NCBI GenBank assembly: GCA_012026655.1
Contig: JAAILG010000019.1
Coordinates: 124,001-188,000, forward strand
DNA from: Hydrolagus affinis
Taxonomy: Eukaryota
DNA length: 64,000 nucleotides
Direction of reading: 5' to 3'
The translations under genes were made by a program, and so were the position numbers. Within the stretch, counting starts at the first letter, position 1; each line of letters opens with the position of its first letter. Of this stretch, positions 1 to 12,980 are shown one piece after another. The notes under the pieces were generated by a model that did no database searches, was not told where the DNA came from, and saw only the letters and a list, made by a program, of their open reading frames with translations.

Positions 1-477
1 TTTATGGTTGTGCAGTGGGATTACTCGGATGATGTCTATGATGTAAAATAAAACCTGGATTGATAGGTATGGAGCAGTCCTCTGGCTCCTGATAATTGTT
101 CAGTATGCTGAGCAGGCTACACCTGGGTGTTGGAAATGCACTTTTTACTTGAGCAAAAATGAGCCTGGAATGTCACAGATTACTACATGTAAATGAATTA
201 TTATTTAGGCAGCTGTAGATGGAGCTTGCTCATTCCTGAACCATGTTGGAACAAAAATTGAATGACAGTAAGCAAAATGATAGTAATTATAAAACTAATT
301 ACAAAAGTCTGACGATGCCCACAGGTTTTGTAAAACTAAAATTAGTCAGGAAATTGCCTTAATTTCTTGCAAACTGCTGCTTACTCCCCCAGACAGTTTT
401 GTTCTCTCTTTTTCTCTCTTACCTCACATCCCCACACCCCCCATCCCCCATCATCACATTGCTTAAGAGTATCCAAA

Positions 478-657
478 CCAGACTGAGAGTTCCAAGCATC
501 CCACCATGGAGATTCCAGAAATATTTATTGGAATGGAATGTGCACTTCTCCATGAAGGAATGCTTACCTAATTCTGATGAGTATTAGGCACAGGTTGGCA
601 AGAGCCAAGGCTTGGGGACTCCCAGAGTGTGTGTTGGGGTACTCTTGGAGTATAACC
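478..657. repeat. Unclassified old dispersed repeat, copy 1
   Basis: Shares cagact-gagagttcca, caagagccaagg and ggagt(a/t)taacc in the same order with 12800-12980. Confidence 0.55.
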
Positions 658-804
658 TGTTACAACTGCTGTGGATCAAACTACATGTGTATTTATCTTT
701 GAAACAGATAATGTTCCCCTGCAGGAACAGGTTGGGTCACTTAGATAATACCCCGATGTTATTAACATTATAATTACACATAATGATATACAATGTACAG
801 CACA

Positions 805-1345
805 GAAACCTTTTGGAATTTTAAAGACCTCTATTACGTCACCCCTCACTCTTCTCTTTTCAAGAGAAAAGAGTCCAAGCTTGTTCAGCCTTTCCTGATA
901 GATATAATCTTGCATTTCTAGTATCATCTTTGTAAATCTCCTTTGCAGCTTCTTCAGTGCCTCTGTATCTTTTCTATAATATGGGGACCAGAACTATACA
1001 CACTACTCCATGTGTGGTCCAACAAAGGTTTGATATGTTTAGGATAACTTTCCTGCTTTTCATTTCTATCCATCGATTAGTTTCCTTTTTTTATGGCCTT
1101 CTTAACCTGTGTCATCTCTGTCCCCAGCTCGGGTCTGAAACAATGATTGTCCAGCGCCTTGGGACTTGTATTGCGCCTTTCTCCTGACGTGAAAGGCGCT
1201 ATACAAGTGTAATTTTATTATTGTTGTTGTGTCACTACTGTTAGCTATTTGTGTATCTGTACCCCTAGATGCCTTTGTTCTTCTACCCCATTTAATTTCT
1301 TAATTTCCATTATGTGACCTCCTTATTCCACCTAACAAACTGTAT
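805..1345 (-). mobile_element. CR1 LINE ORF2 C-terminal fragment, decayed, interrupted by an L2 tail
   Basis: Minus-strand peptide YQERLNKLGLFSLEKRRVRGDVIEVFKI is homologous to the CR1 at 51480-51560. Confidence 0.85.
1115..1227 (+). mobile_element. L2 LINE 3' end nested in CR1, with 7-bp TSD
   Basis: Tail ...gacgtgaaaggcgctatacaagtgtaatttt(ttg)n. TGTGTCA occurs at 1108-1114 and 1228-1234. Confidence 0.85.
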
Positions 1346-1644
1346 ACTTCTTTCCAGTGAAAATATTGTTTTAAACAAAGTTCATCCTCTTATTTCTTTG
1401 AAGTTGATGATAGCTTGGCCTAATATGTAAATGGATGCTTCAATTTGAAGACCAAATATGATCTTAACAATTATCATTTCTTTAGTAAGCCAAGCTAATT
1501 AAAGGACTTGTTCATTGTCAATTATTTTATTTTTCCTGTTTACTTAGTTGTAATTATATTTGAATATATTATTACAATTGTCCTATACTCTATCGTGTTT
1601 GCGGTATTGTTAAATGCGTCAGCTTGCTCTTGCTGACTGCCTTT

Positions 1645-1715
1645 ACAACAACAGCAACAACAAAATTACATTTATAGAGCTCCTTTCACTTCAGGAGGAC
1701 GTCCCAAGGTGCTGG
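1645..1715 (-). mobile_element. L2 3' tail fragment
   Basis: (caa)n-aaattacatttatagagctcctttcacttcaggaggacgtcccaagg is the reverse complement of the L2 tail. Confidence 0.85.
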
Positions 1716-2109
1716 ATGATGGATTATTTGTTTTTAGATAAGTTGTAAAAAGTACCTGTACCAGGGGATAGAAAAATGTATATGTTTACCAATCTTACAT
1801 TGAATAAACAGAATAATTTTAATGTAAAAATAGAAATATAGTGATTGCTTTGTGGTAACAATAGGGTTGTCTCAATTCAGATCGAAAACTAATTTGTCAA
1901 GTGAACCACAACATAGTTCTATTTTGGTGTTGGGAGAACATTTTTTTTCATTGCTGGAACACAGGTGTATTATTCACTGAGATTATTGGCAGTACTACGA
2001 GCAATCTGTCATGCACAATACAACCTTGGGAGTTATTAATCCTTGAATAATCACCTACTCTCCTCAAGTTAGCAGTGCATACCATGGTTTGTATGTATCA
2101 AGAATAATG

Positions 2110-2260
2110 GGGAGCTACTCAATCCTGTTGACTGAATTCATCTTCTGGCCCAGAATTGGTAAGGCAAACTGCTATCCCAAATAAGATCACCTAACTCAGC
2201 ACAGACCTAGGATTGAATATGACGCCTTTCTGGTCAGTGTGATATGGTTTGCCCATCCAG
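2110..2260 (-). mobile_element. AmnSINE2-like tRNA-derived SINE, 5' part, decayed
   Basis: taactcagcacagacctaggattgaa...ctggtc resembles the reverse complement of the recalled head GACCAG...GGTTCGATCCC-GGTCTGTGCTGAGTTAG. Confidence 0.5.
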
Positions 2261-3520
2261 TGTGCCATTTTTCAATTGTGGTATTTATATACATTCCGAA
2301 AACGTGATAAGGCACTACGTCAAATGCAAGGATTATTCTTATCATATCATGATTACATAAGTAATGTAGAAAATGTAGAAATATGTAAAGAATGACAAAT
2401 TCTAAAGTTTGAAACAATATTGTAGCTCTTAGATCCCTAATTAGTTTTTTTTCACCTAAATGCTATGCACCTCTTTTGTCAATCCATAGGCTCTCTGTTC
2501 TCCCAGGAGGTCTATTCTGTATATTTGTCACCTCGTGTAGTTACGTGTAAAATGGGAACTACATTTGTTTGTTTTTGAGTAGGACCACCTCAATGTTCAT
2601 TTGTGACAAACAGGTTTTATTTTCATGTAGTAGATGTGAGGTTAAGATTTTTTGTTTTTTGTTACCTGTTCTTGCAAAACAATTTTATAAATTTCCTACA
2701 AATCATTGCAATAAAGTTTAGTTACAAATAATTTTACATTATCAGTTTTTGATCATCTGAGATGCTACATATGTATTGGGTAATGTTAGACATTAAAAAA
2801 CCCCCACATAATTCCAATTAATTCATTTGGCATGCAAATTATTTCAAAATGTAATTCAACTGAAATCCAATGACACTGTTATTAATCTTATAAATTAGAA
2901 AAAGGTTATTAAACAATTAAATCCATTATTGCATACAATGAATCAGTATTTAAACCTAAAGTGTCTGCATTGTGATTATTATGGTATTATTCAAGTGCAA
3001 ATCTGTTATTAAAATGATGAAATTGGTGACTTTAATCCATTTTTTTAATTGAAATTATCTGGTTATTGTTCCAGCATCTTTGCTTACTACCACAACATTT
3101 GTTGCAATGGATTCCCTCCTGTGGTATTTACTCTGTTATTTTGTTATATTCCTACCCTTGCTCTTCAACTCATTGGAGAGATCAGATGGATATTGCTGTA
3201 TTGATTCATCCTTTGTTATAACATCAGTGCTACCACTGAACATGAGAACAGTATATTACCTTTCCAATGGGGTGCAATTGCTAGTAGTGGTGAAATGGAT
3301 TGCAGAAATAAGTAAGCTTTAATTGCAAATCTTTCTATTGAGAAATTAGTTGAAGAGATAAGGTGCATAAGATGCAGGATACCACAGTCAAAAACAACAC
3401 AACAACAAAATTACGAAATGAGAAAATGTTGTGTTTGGGTGTTGCCAGATTTGGATCTGAACAATCTGTAGATTTAACAGAAATGTAAAACTGAGTGGGG
3501 TTTTGTTTCCTGCAGTTTTT

Positions 3521-3700
3521 AACAACAACAACAACAACAACAAATTACATTTATAGAGCGCCTTTCACGTCGGGAGGACGTCCCAAGGCGCTGCACAGGG
3601 GGCGTGTGACCTGAGCTGGGAGGGGAGTGTTTGGGCGGGGGTGAAACACGAAGGGGAGGTCGAAGAATTCGGGGTGGAACAAAAGGCACGGTCGAAGAGG
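3521..3700 (-). mobile_element. L2 3' fragment, young
   Basis: (aac)7 followed by attacatttatagagcgcctttcacgtcgggaggacgtcccaaggcgctg. CpGs are retained. Confidence 0.9.
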
Positions 3701-4029
3701 ATTAGAATATAAGAGAATGGAATCTTAGATTACATAACTGTAAATAACTGCAGGAAGGATAAAGGGTTATATAATGTAGTTGTATTTAGGAGAAACAAGA
3801 GAACAATGTTTAAAGGTATAATATCCATAGTAATATTACTAAAATAGAGATAACAAAGATTGCAACACAGAGAGGCTAGGAATTAGAGGTGAGGGATGTA
3901 TCCATGTATGGAATGTGAAACAATTGACTGAAGAATACCCATATGTATGTTTGCACTATTCAAGTCTTGAGGACAATTTGTGAGGATGGAAGTGTTTGAA
4001 ATTGTTGTAATTTATTCTCGAAGATAGCC

Positions 4030-4340
4030 AAGATTCCTTTGATCATTCACCAGCTAGTTTGTAGACGTGAACACATTAGTTTCAGCACCTTGGACAAGAG
4101 AAAAGAGAGGAAAAAAAACCATGAATGAAAAAACCATGAATTCTGTTCCCGATCACTTTTTTTTTAAATTGTCTGTGGGGAGTTAGGAAAGGATCATGAT
4201 GATTTATGGTGCTCCCTACAGCTCCTGCCAACACTCACTGGAGGTGATTGCATGAGAGGAATGGCCATTTGGACAAGGTATTAGATTGCCTCACTCTTTG
4301 GAATTACTCCCAATGAGTTAGCATCTTGAGGGGCAAAGGT
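4030..4340 (+). mobile_element. AmnSINE2-like SINE, decayed
   Basis: cctgccaacactcactg...gaatggccatttggacaaggta...atgagttagcatctt follows the recalled AmnSINE2 3' half. Confidence 0.55.
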
Positions 4341-4654
4341 GATGTCATTTCAGAAGATCTACGTATTTTATTACAGGGCAATTGTTTAAATATTTGTACC
4401 TTAAGAGGACCAAATACCACTGAATGGAGGGGAAGCAGTTTTGGGAGATGAACTGCCACAGTGAACAATAATTTTTTTTATGTTGTTGCAATACTGGAAA
4501 GAGTAATACTTCTTTTTAGTTTGTGATTACTGTAATTGAATGCTATTGCTAGAAGCTATTTGTATATGTTACCATTTAAAATCTACAGGGTTTGAATTAA
4601 GGATTTTGCATTATTTTGTGCTTGATCTCTTAGAACAGTAATATAATAACAATG

Positions 4655-4780
4655 AATAATAATAATACTTGAATTGTATATAGCACCTCATAATAAAAAT
4701 AATAATACTTGTCTCAAAGCACTTCATGGAATATACTGTAAAGTGAGTTTTCTGTATATTGTGCAGATGAAACGCGGCAT
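4655..4780 (-). mobile_element. DeuSINE-type SINE 3' fragment
   Basis: gtctcaaagcacttcatggaatatactgtaaagtga is the reverse complement of the 3' part of the SINE at 7400-7440. Confidence 0.75.
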
Positions 4781-4819
4781 GTCCTATCATAAATTTAGTG
4801 TAATATTTCGTGACTTTCA

Positions 4820-5170
4820 AATGTTCTCTCCAATGACATTTGACTCTCTGCTCTGCATCTGGCTTCCCCTTCTGGAGTGTATTTGCAGAGCTACCGGTTG
4901 CCCTTAGACAACCTACTCAATTCAGGACACTTGACTGAAGAATACATCATAGCCCAGCCTGACTTCTCCCCACCCAGCTGCCACATGTGTGCAACATAGA
5001 GGTGCTGATGAGGGATCGGGACCAATTTTCTACTTCTAAACCTAACCAGGGCTAACTTAGCTTTCCCATGTAACTCCAGCTGAGACCAACAAACTCAGTA
5101 TCAACTTGGATTCGAACCACCAAGTTCTGGGTCTGTAAACTGCAATCATATCCAGCACAACATGACTGCC
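4820..5170 (-). mobile_element. AmnSINE2-like SINE, decayed
   Basis: cagctgagaccaacaaactcagt...ggattcgaacc (B-box on the minus strand)...ggtctgta. Confidence 0.55.
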
Positions 5171-5715
5171 ACAGTTTAATTTCTAACTTTATACATTTTT
5201 GCAGATTGTGAAAATCCTTTTCATAGAACTGAAACAGGGCCATCAAATCCATCTGCATGTTTTAATGTTAGTAATTAGTCCTTGTACAGATGTAAATGGT
5301 CTAATAATGAAGAAATAAATCATGGAGTGACACATCAAATGAATATGGAAAGTGTTCCCTTCTTGTGCACTGCTTGACCATTTAGTCATCTGTAACTAAT
5401 TTGCACACAATATGTGTACAAAGTAGATACAATTATTGATAAATTGATATACTAATAGTTCTTGAGGATGCTAATTAAACATTTATAAGAACCTTATGTC
5501 TAGAACTGAAGAAATCTTCATATGTACATGACGAAGTAAGGGCTGTACAGATTCACCATGTGAAAGAGATGCTGATTGTAGTAAGGGGTGCCAATTTTCA
5601 AAAATTTCCTTTCTTTTGGTCTCCAAAGATCATGCATCTTTTTCCCAGCTAAATGGGCTTACGCTTAGGTGTTGCATTTTTGCTCATGAGCTGGCTGAAG
5701 AGGTGTACTGATATA

Positions 5716-6140
5716 CAACAGCAACCTTTATAACGTACCTTTCACATCGAGTATGTATCAGAATGCTTTACAGTGAACTGCCATACAACAACAACATTAC
5801 ATTTATAGAGCGCCTTTCACGCCTATGGGAGTACGTCCCAAGGCGCTGAAAACAATACCATAACCTACACATTTTTATAGCACCTTTTGTGTCAGAAGGA
5901 TGTCTCAAAGCGTTTAACACTGCTGGTTGGGCAGCTGAGCTGGTGGTGGAAGCTGAAGAGGGTGGGGAGGAGAAAGACAATCAAAAGGGTTATTTATGTC
6001 TTGAGATGGACCTTGAAACACTGAGCTCCTGAAAGAATAGGGTAGTGTTAAGGTGGCTTTCAAAGATAGTGAGAGGAGAGAGATAGTGAGGAATTCCAGA
6101 GATAGGAAGGATAGCGGCTAAAGGCTCTGTCGGAGATGGT
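5716..6140 (-). mobile_element. Three stacked L2 3' ends (about 5716-5775, 5785-5850, 5855-6140)
   Basis: Three successive copies of the tail motif (ttt)ata(g/a)cgcctttcac...cc/tcaa in the same orientation. Confidence 0.75.
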
Positions 6141-7157
6141 TTGGTTGTGCTTACTTCTTGAGTTTAACAGTAAATACATCTTGTCACGATTTGCGTGAAA
6201 TTGAATAAGTCTTTTCTACTTTTCACATTTATTTGTACAAGGAAGTTGAAAACCTGGCCCCAAAAGGCTATATGAAGAACATGATTCTGTGAATAAAACT
6301 ACAAGGAATGCCCCAGTCTATTCAAGGATGTAAATCAATCTTTATGTTTGTATCAACACTAAATGTTTCATTCTGCTTTTATGATTTATGATATGAGGGT
6401 CTTTGATTTATTTTCTTGGTAGTAGCATGATCAGGAGCAAAGTATTTCTTCCTCTAATGTAAAGTTCTTTGATATTTGCTTTGGGGTGTTTTCTGTATTC
6501 ATTAGATCCTAATATTGATTTCCTGTGAAGTAGAATTACATTATCAAGTTTGCTGTCAGAATAACTGAGAATATTTTAATAATAAGTTAACATACACAAG
6601 TGTGTTCATTAGTTTTTCAGATATGTAAAATACATTCAATGAACAGCACAACGTAACTACTTATGTTGATCTTCCGAAATGTTTCTCCACTCATATGTAT
6701 CTTTAAAATACTCCTCATGTTATTTTGTTAAATATTGAAGTCAGCGATGTTATCATTTGTCCCTTAGCTACAAATGTTGCTTCATACTGTGAAGGATAGA
6801 AATAGGTGGAAACAAGAAAAGCCGCATTCTAACATTTTTTTTAAAAAAACCAATCGATTTCTTCTAAACATACAGTACACAAAACCCATCAATTTGCAGC
6901 TCAAATAAACTGTGCTTACCATCTTTTGGATGAGAAGTTAAGATGGTTTTTCAGATGCATGTTTAATATCATACTGTATTATTTGGAAAGAATTCTTCTG
7001 GTTTTCAGCCCAATGTTCCTCACCAATTCACTATAGCAAATATAAGACATATAGGGCTTGAAGAGTTGAAAAGATTTATTGTCTTTTGTGAATTTCACAC
7101 ACATTAATATTTAATATTTAAGGATTGTTATACTATAATACATGTATTCAATATTGT

Positions 7158-7485
7158 GGAGTCCTGTAGCTCAGTGATTAGAGCACCGGCCTTGCAAGCA
7201 AGAGACCTGGGTTCAATTCCCAGCAGAGCGAAACCTTGGGCAAGTTTCCTTACTCCACATGCCTGATAATAATCCCTCAAGATAAAAAACAATAATAATT
7301 TGATATTTCAAATAATTTGAAAATAATTTAATCCACGTTTCTTTGTGGAATATTGCTGTGTGCAACTGGCTGTTGCATTTCGCCCACAAATATGAAGTCA
7401 ATTCACTTTACAGTATATTCTGTGAAGCGCTTTGAGACGTCTGTCCAGAAGTTGTGAAAAGTGATATATCAGGAATTATTATTAT
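7158..7485 (+). mobile_element. Full-length tRNA-derived SINE: tRNA-Ala-like head, Deu-domain 3' half, L2-like tail with (ATT)n
   Basis: A-box tagctcagtga and B-box ggttcaattcc. Body tgtggaatattgctgtgtgcaactggctg. Tail gaagcgctttgagacgtc...gtgaaaagtg...attattatt. A second copy is at 29895. Confidence 0.9.
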
Positions 7486-10400
7486 CATATTTGCAGTGGG
7501 CCCTGAAACATTTACAACATTGTCCATACCACCTAAGTACGTGGTTGAACACCAACATATTGGGAATATGCGTTAAGGTTGGATGTATTTTCTGAATTAC
7601 CCAGACTGTGTTTGTAATTGTTTCCTTCAAAGAATGTATGGAAAATCATTTCTAATTTTTGTGATGTAATATTTCTATGTTGGGGTTTAAGTGCTACTTG
7701 GATGAAATATAGATGTTGAAGTACAAAGAATTAAATGTAACTCTAATGTACTAGTGTGATGAAATCTTCTTTAAGGATCCAACAGAATGACTTGGGTCAC
7801 CAGACATACTTTTGTCTGCCAACCTTTTCAGTTCGCTGCCTGCATAATTACAAAGCAAGTAAGAAATAATTCAGATCAGTGCTCAGATAGCTGCATGAAA
7901 AACATATTGTTTCAAGTCTTCTCTGAAAGCACAGCATGAAGCTCAAGTAAAGTGAAGGACATTTGCTATCACAAGTAATGTCCTTAATAATCTTGTTAGT
8001 CTAGTCTTTCTCTGTATGAGACAAATTGAACATTATTGGCTTATAGGGTGCAGTAAATAATTTAGTTTCCAATATGCAGCCTGGTCTGACAGTAAATTAA
8101 AATGACTTGGAAAAGGCTTGTTGGATGAAGTAACCTAACCATTCAAATATAATTGGCACAGGTGAGGCTATAAAAAAATATTGTTTATAATTAGCCTGTG
8201 TTATCATTGGATTTTATAAATCCACATGAATCAAATTGCCTAGAATTAATTTCTTGATACAGTGCATTATACTTTTAAAATGACAATGTCAAGATCACTG
8301 CAGGAGACAACAGTTGGCTGGTGTTTCTGCCTTTGTAGTAAGGATTTGATGTTTATTGTCTCATTAACAAGCTTAAGATATCAGAATAAGATAATACTTT
8401 TTTTTAAAAAACATGTAAGTTGAAGCTTTTGCTGTTCATTCTTTCTATAGCTGTGTAGCCATGTAGTACATTGCATTTACAATTGTACCAAACAATTGCA
8501 GGCAAATGGTAATATTCCCTTTCTATGACTTCAGACTAAAAAGTGCAATGTATATAGACTCAGTTGATTCAAAAAATGTCCTTACAAAAACTTTTTAGAA
8601 CAGTTTGTTACTGACTCATTTGATTTACCCCTCTGATTATTGAATATTCTTTGATTACTCCTATGCAAGGATTAGTACGATTATTAATAATTCAATTTGA
8701 AATGTTAATTATGTCTAGAAACCCCTGCAACAGATTAACATTGCCATTCTCTTTATAATGAGAATTGTAGAGAATTTGGGTAATATTCAGCTGAATTTTA
8801 AGTGTCCATACGTTGAGTATTTAAGGGCCATGTAAACTAAATGTTTAACCCATTATTTCTGTCACTTCAAAGTTAACTAGCACTAATAATATTAGTGCCA
8901 ATTAACCCACACATACTTTAAAAATTAAAAATTCATAAAACAATAATTAATTGGTAGCAATGTAACCTGCATGGGTCTCCTTAGCTTCTCTTCATCCCCA
9001 TAAGAAGCCACTCACCTACCCCTTTCCTCCCTTTATCCAGGATTCTGAGCCACAATCCTGTGTTGTAAATGCAAGGATTGTGATTTTTGCCTGCATTATT
9101 TAATTCCATACTTTTAGGGTGTATTTGAATGATAGCAGATCACTAATGACTTCATTGACAAGATTGCAAATTCTCAAAGGATTCTGAAAATGATTCATAT
9201 TTGTAGACAAACACCTTCTTTATGTTTCTATGGAACCACATGTCATGGCAAACTAATCAACAGATTTTATCTGCGGCCAACAGTTACTGTTAGATTTTCT
9301 GACTGCATATATAAATACCAGATGTTGAGAAGTTCTCAGTTTAATTGATATTCTTAGCCTTGTCAAGAGCGTTGTCAAAAACCAGTCAACAAACAGAGCT
9401 AAAACATTCTTATGGATTTGATTTAGCTTAATCAGCTATGCAACTGATATAGCTAAGTCCTATAAATATGCAAAATATGCCCTGAAACATTGTGAAAAGG
9501 TGTACAGTTGATGTGATTGCTTTCACCATTAACAGTTGATGCTGTGTCCAAAAGTTATGGCTGAGTTGCCCTGTTTCTTCTTTTGATCTAATTGGAGAAA
9601 TTTCACTTTAGTCAGACTCTAGATTTATTATTTGTATTTATGTAGCATGCTAGAGCAACGAGAATTTGGTAACCTGTTGCATTTAGTATTAAGGCTCCAC
9701 TTAAAAACTTGTCAAATTCAGAACACTGAAGTGCTACATAAATAAACAGAGGGAATCTGGGGGGATTTTTTCCTAAATACGAGGACCTATGAGGCTTTTC
9801 ATATGTGGAAAGTGATTTTGAAGCTGGAACTTTAGTTTGCTTTAGAGAAGATCTATAATCTAAAAAGCTTGTCCAGATGCGAAAGCTTCAATAAGCATAA
9901 TTTTAGTTGGACAATAATTCAAGGGAATTTATGTGCAAGATTGTTGCTCACTTTGCTGAAATTGAATTTAGATACTGAGAAAGAATGCTGAAATGTTTAC
10001 TTGTATAAATTAAACCTTTGAAATTCTTAGTCTGGTGTTTTTTTGTTTTTTTGTTGTGTTTATTTACATAGACCTCAGATCAGGCACTATGTATGTGTTG
10101 CATTTGATGTCAGGATTTATTAAATACAGTCATGTTGCTGTATTCTGATAATGAATGTAAGCATCTTAATATTATAGTCCCAGTTGAATCAGAAGGCCTG
10201 ACCTTGAAAGTAAAGTGTAACATGACGGTTTGATCCATGAACTCTCCTGAGGTTTGTAAGATATTCAAATTAAAATTGCTAGGTTTAACTATTAGCAGTG
10301 ATTCTCACCGCCTCGTTAATATTTACATCCAGGTCAGTATTCTTGATTTATTTAACTGTATGTGTTGTTGCACAATCTGGGTTTACGCTGAGTAATTCCT

Positions 10401-11099
10401 TCTCATCTTTGAACATTGCCAGTCATTGTTATCAAGGTACTTGCTATTTGACCATTACAAATTAACCCAAATCAGATTTTGTGAATTATGTCTTAAGGTC
10501 TAAATATGTAGTTATATTTCAAGCTTATTACTTCGAGTATCTCCAAAGATTTCAACTCTTGAGTGTATTGGTTTCCTGTCATTATGATTATACCTCCATT
10601 CACATTTCACAGAGTCTTTAGCAATACCGTATACCAATTCATTTTCTGTGGTCCCCAACCCTAAGCTCTTGTCAGCTTATGCCTAAAACTAATACCTGAA
10701 TTAGGTGCACTATAGGTCTGTTGATTATTTCTGTTCTGAAACCAATTTTCACTTCAGCTAGCTCAGTTGCCATTGACATAGTGAGCTTTCACCTTCTATG
10801 TTGTACTAGCATGTGGAACTGCATATATCCAATGCCTACGAAATACATACAAATTACAGTAATCATGGCTTTCTTTCCACTATGTTAGTTACCTCTGTAA
10901 AAGGTTTTGTTAGGTTAGGAGATCTGCTTTCGATTCTATGTTGACTTCCATTCAGTCTCTATAATCTATGTGTAAACATTTTGCATAGTGCAACAGTGAC
11001 AATATTTTACTTACTACGGTCAGTAAGTGAACTTGTTAACTGGTCTTTCCAGTTCCAATTTTATGTATCCTCCAGACATGAAAGGCACTATTTATGCTT

Positions 11100-11265
11100 T
11101 TCATAGAGCGCCTTTCATGTCTGGAGGGCGTCTCGAAGAATATACCGTGAAGTGAAGTGACTGTATTTTGCCGATGAACATTGCAGACAATTTGTGCACA
11201 ACGATGAGCATGAAGTGATTGACCAATTTTATTGGGAGGAGTGTTGGCTGGAAATATTGTAAAAT
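11100..11265 (-). mobile_element. L2/DeuSINE 3' fragment forming the right arm of a hairpin
   Basis: tagagcgcctttcatgtc...gaatataccgtgaagtgaagtgactgtat...caatttgtgcaca. Confidence 0.65.
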
Positions 11266-12461
11266 ATTTTCTCTGCAGTCATCAGGTCACAACACCTGTG
11301 CTTTTGAAGGTCTTACAGATATCAATCAAACCTCACCTATTAAGGATTATGGGGATTACTAATTTAACGATTCTGAGGAGCGGTGGATAATGCTCATAAA
11401 TGTTCTGTGGTAACTTTGTATTCCAGGGGGATACTTAATACCTTAAAAGCAGCACAAAGATATTGGCAATTCAAATCCCTGCTGCTTTAAATGTGTTTTG
11501 GAAGGAAGGATAAAACCAAATCGGCCAAAGGGTTTTCATCCGAATCTCTCTTGTAATATTGTGGAAAATTATGGTAGCTTTTGAAGATTTGCACTTCAAC
11601 TATTTTTGATCCTACATTCTTGCATAATTGTACTTATTTATATTCAAGTGACCTTTTTATGTAGCGTTTTAAGTTGGAGAATAAGACACATAATACTGAT
11701 AACTCTTACTTTGCTCAATAAACACATTTTTAATATATATATATTTTTCTTTCAAGTAATTTGCTTTCAGAAACTTTCCAGTAGGGAGTAATTGTTAATG
11801 TTTTGAAACCAGCCAGAATCTACTGATTTACTAGCTTAAAATAAGGAGTTTCTAGATACTATCTTCATGATTGAATGTGAAGACTGATTATTTCTGTGGT
11901 AACTTAATGTAATTGAAATACCAACAAGGTTTGGTTCCAATTTACCAACAATGAAGCAGTAATAGTATTTTTTTGCTCTGCTCTTTTAGCGTTAATGTGC
12001 TTATTCTGGAGGGAGTTATTTTTATCAGACGAACAAGTAGATCTTACAGATTGTAATGGGTGTGCACTGTAGATCTATAGGTATACTCTATCTAGTGTGA
12101 TTAGTTTGCTGGGTTTTTTTCTGTTTCGTAACTGCTATTTGGCTTTTGGTTCAAAGTGGCTATTATTATAAGGTTATCAGAAGAATTAAATGTAAAAGTT
12201 TCAAATGACAAACAGCCTGAAAACTATTGTTGTTTGTGGGAGGTTACACAAGGAATACATCTGCCTACATGATATTTGTTAAATAAGCACAATGGAAATG
12301 ATTTATTTTGAATTTATATTTTGATGCCTTCCTTTTTTATTCTCATTAAGGAATGGCACTTTAATGATTTCTACTTTGGCTTCTTATGCTCCCATCAAGC
12401 AATCTCAGATCTACATGTACCAGAGACCAGTTGTATTATTAGTCAGAAGGTATGATGTATG

Positions 12462-12772
12462 TAGAACCATAGAATATTACAACACAGAGGCAGTCAATTC
12501 AGCTTGTCAGCCTGGTAGCTGTTTCGAAGAGCTACCCAATCAGTCTCACTCCCTCACTGTTTCCCCATATTCTTCCAAATGTTTCCTCTTCAAGTACCTA
12601 CCCATTCCCTTTTGAAAGCTGTTATTGAATCTGTTTCCACCACCCATTCAGGCAGTGCATTCCAAACCGTAAAAACTCTGTGTAGAAACAAATTCTTATC
12701 TCCCCTCTGGTTCTTTTGCCAATTATCTTGGATCTATGTCCCCTGGTTACCGACCCACCTGCCAGTGGAAAC
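12462..12772 (-). mobile_element. CR1 3' fragment
   Basis: tagaaccatagaat tail. ttccaccacccattcaggcagtgcattcca is the reverse complement of the WNALPEWVVE coding region. Confidence 0.85.
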
Positions 12773-12799
12773 CTGTCTGCATACCACAGAAAATCCAAC

Positions 12800-12980
12800 C
12801 CAGACTTAGAGTTCCATATGCTACTTACACATGTAAATTTCTATTTGTCTGGAATGGGAAGAATAATTTATCCCTGGGGGAATGTACCCTCCTTACCTTA
12901 TTCCATGTAGTACAAGGTGCAGATTGACAAGAGCCAAGGGTTGAGAATCCAAAAATGGACTACTGCTGGAGTTTAACCAG
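12800..12980. repeat. Unclassified old dispersed repeat, copy 2
   Basis: Collinear similarity with 478-657. Confidence 0.55.

Noticed and set aside
7158-7230. tRNA-like sequence (also 29895-29968)
   Set aside because: The acceptor stem is poor and the sequence runs directly into a SINE body and tail present in several copies. These are SINE heads, not tRNA genes.
8880-8898. 9-bp-arm palindrome gcactaata-a-tattagtgc and other 7-8 bp stems
   Set aside because: Short enough to be expected by chance in AT-rich DNA.
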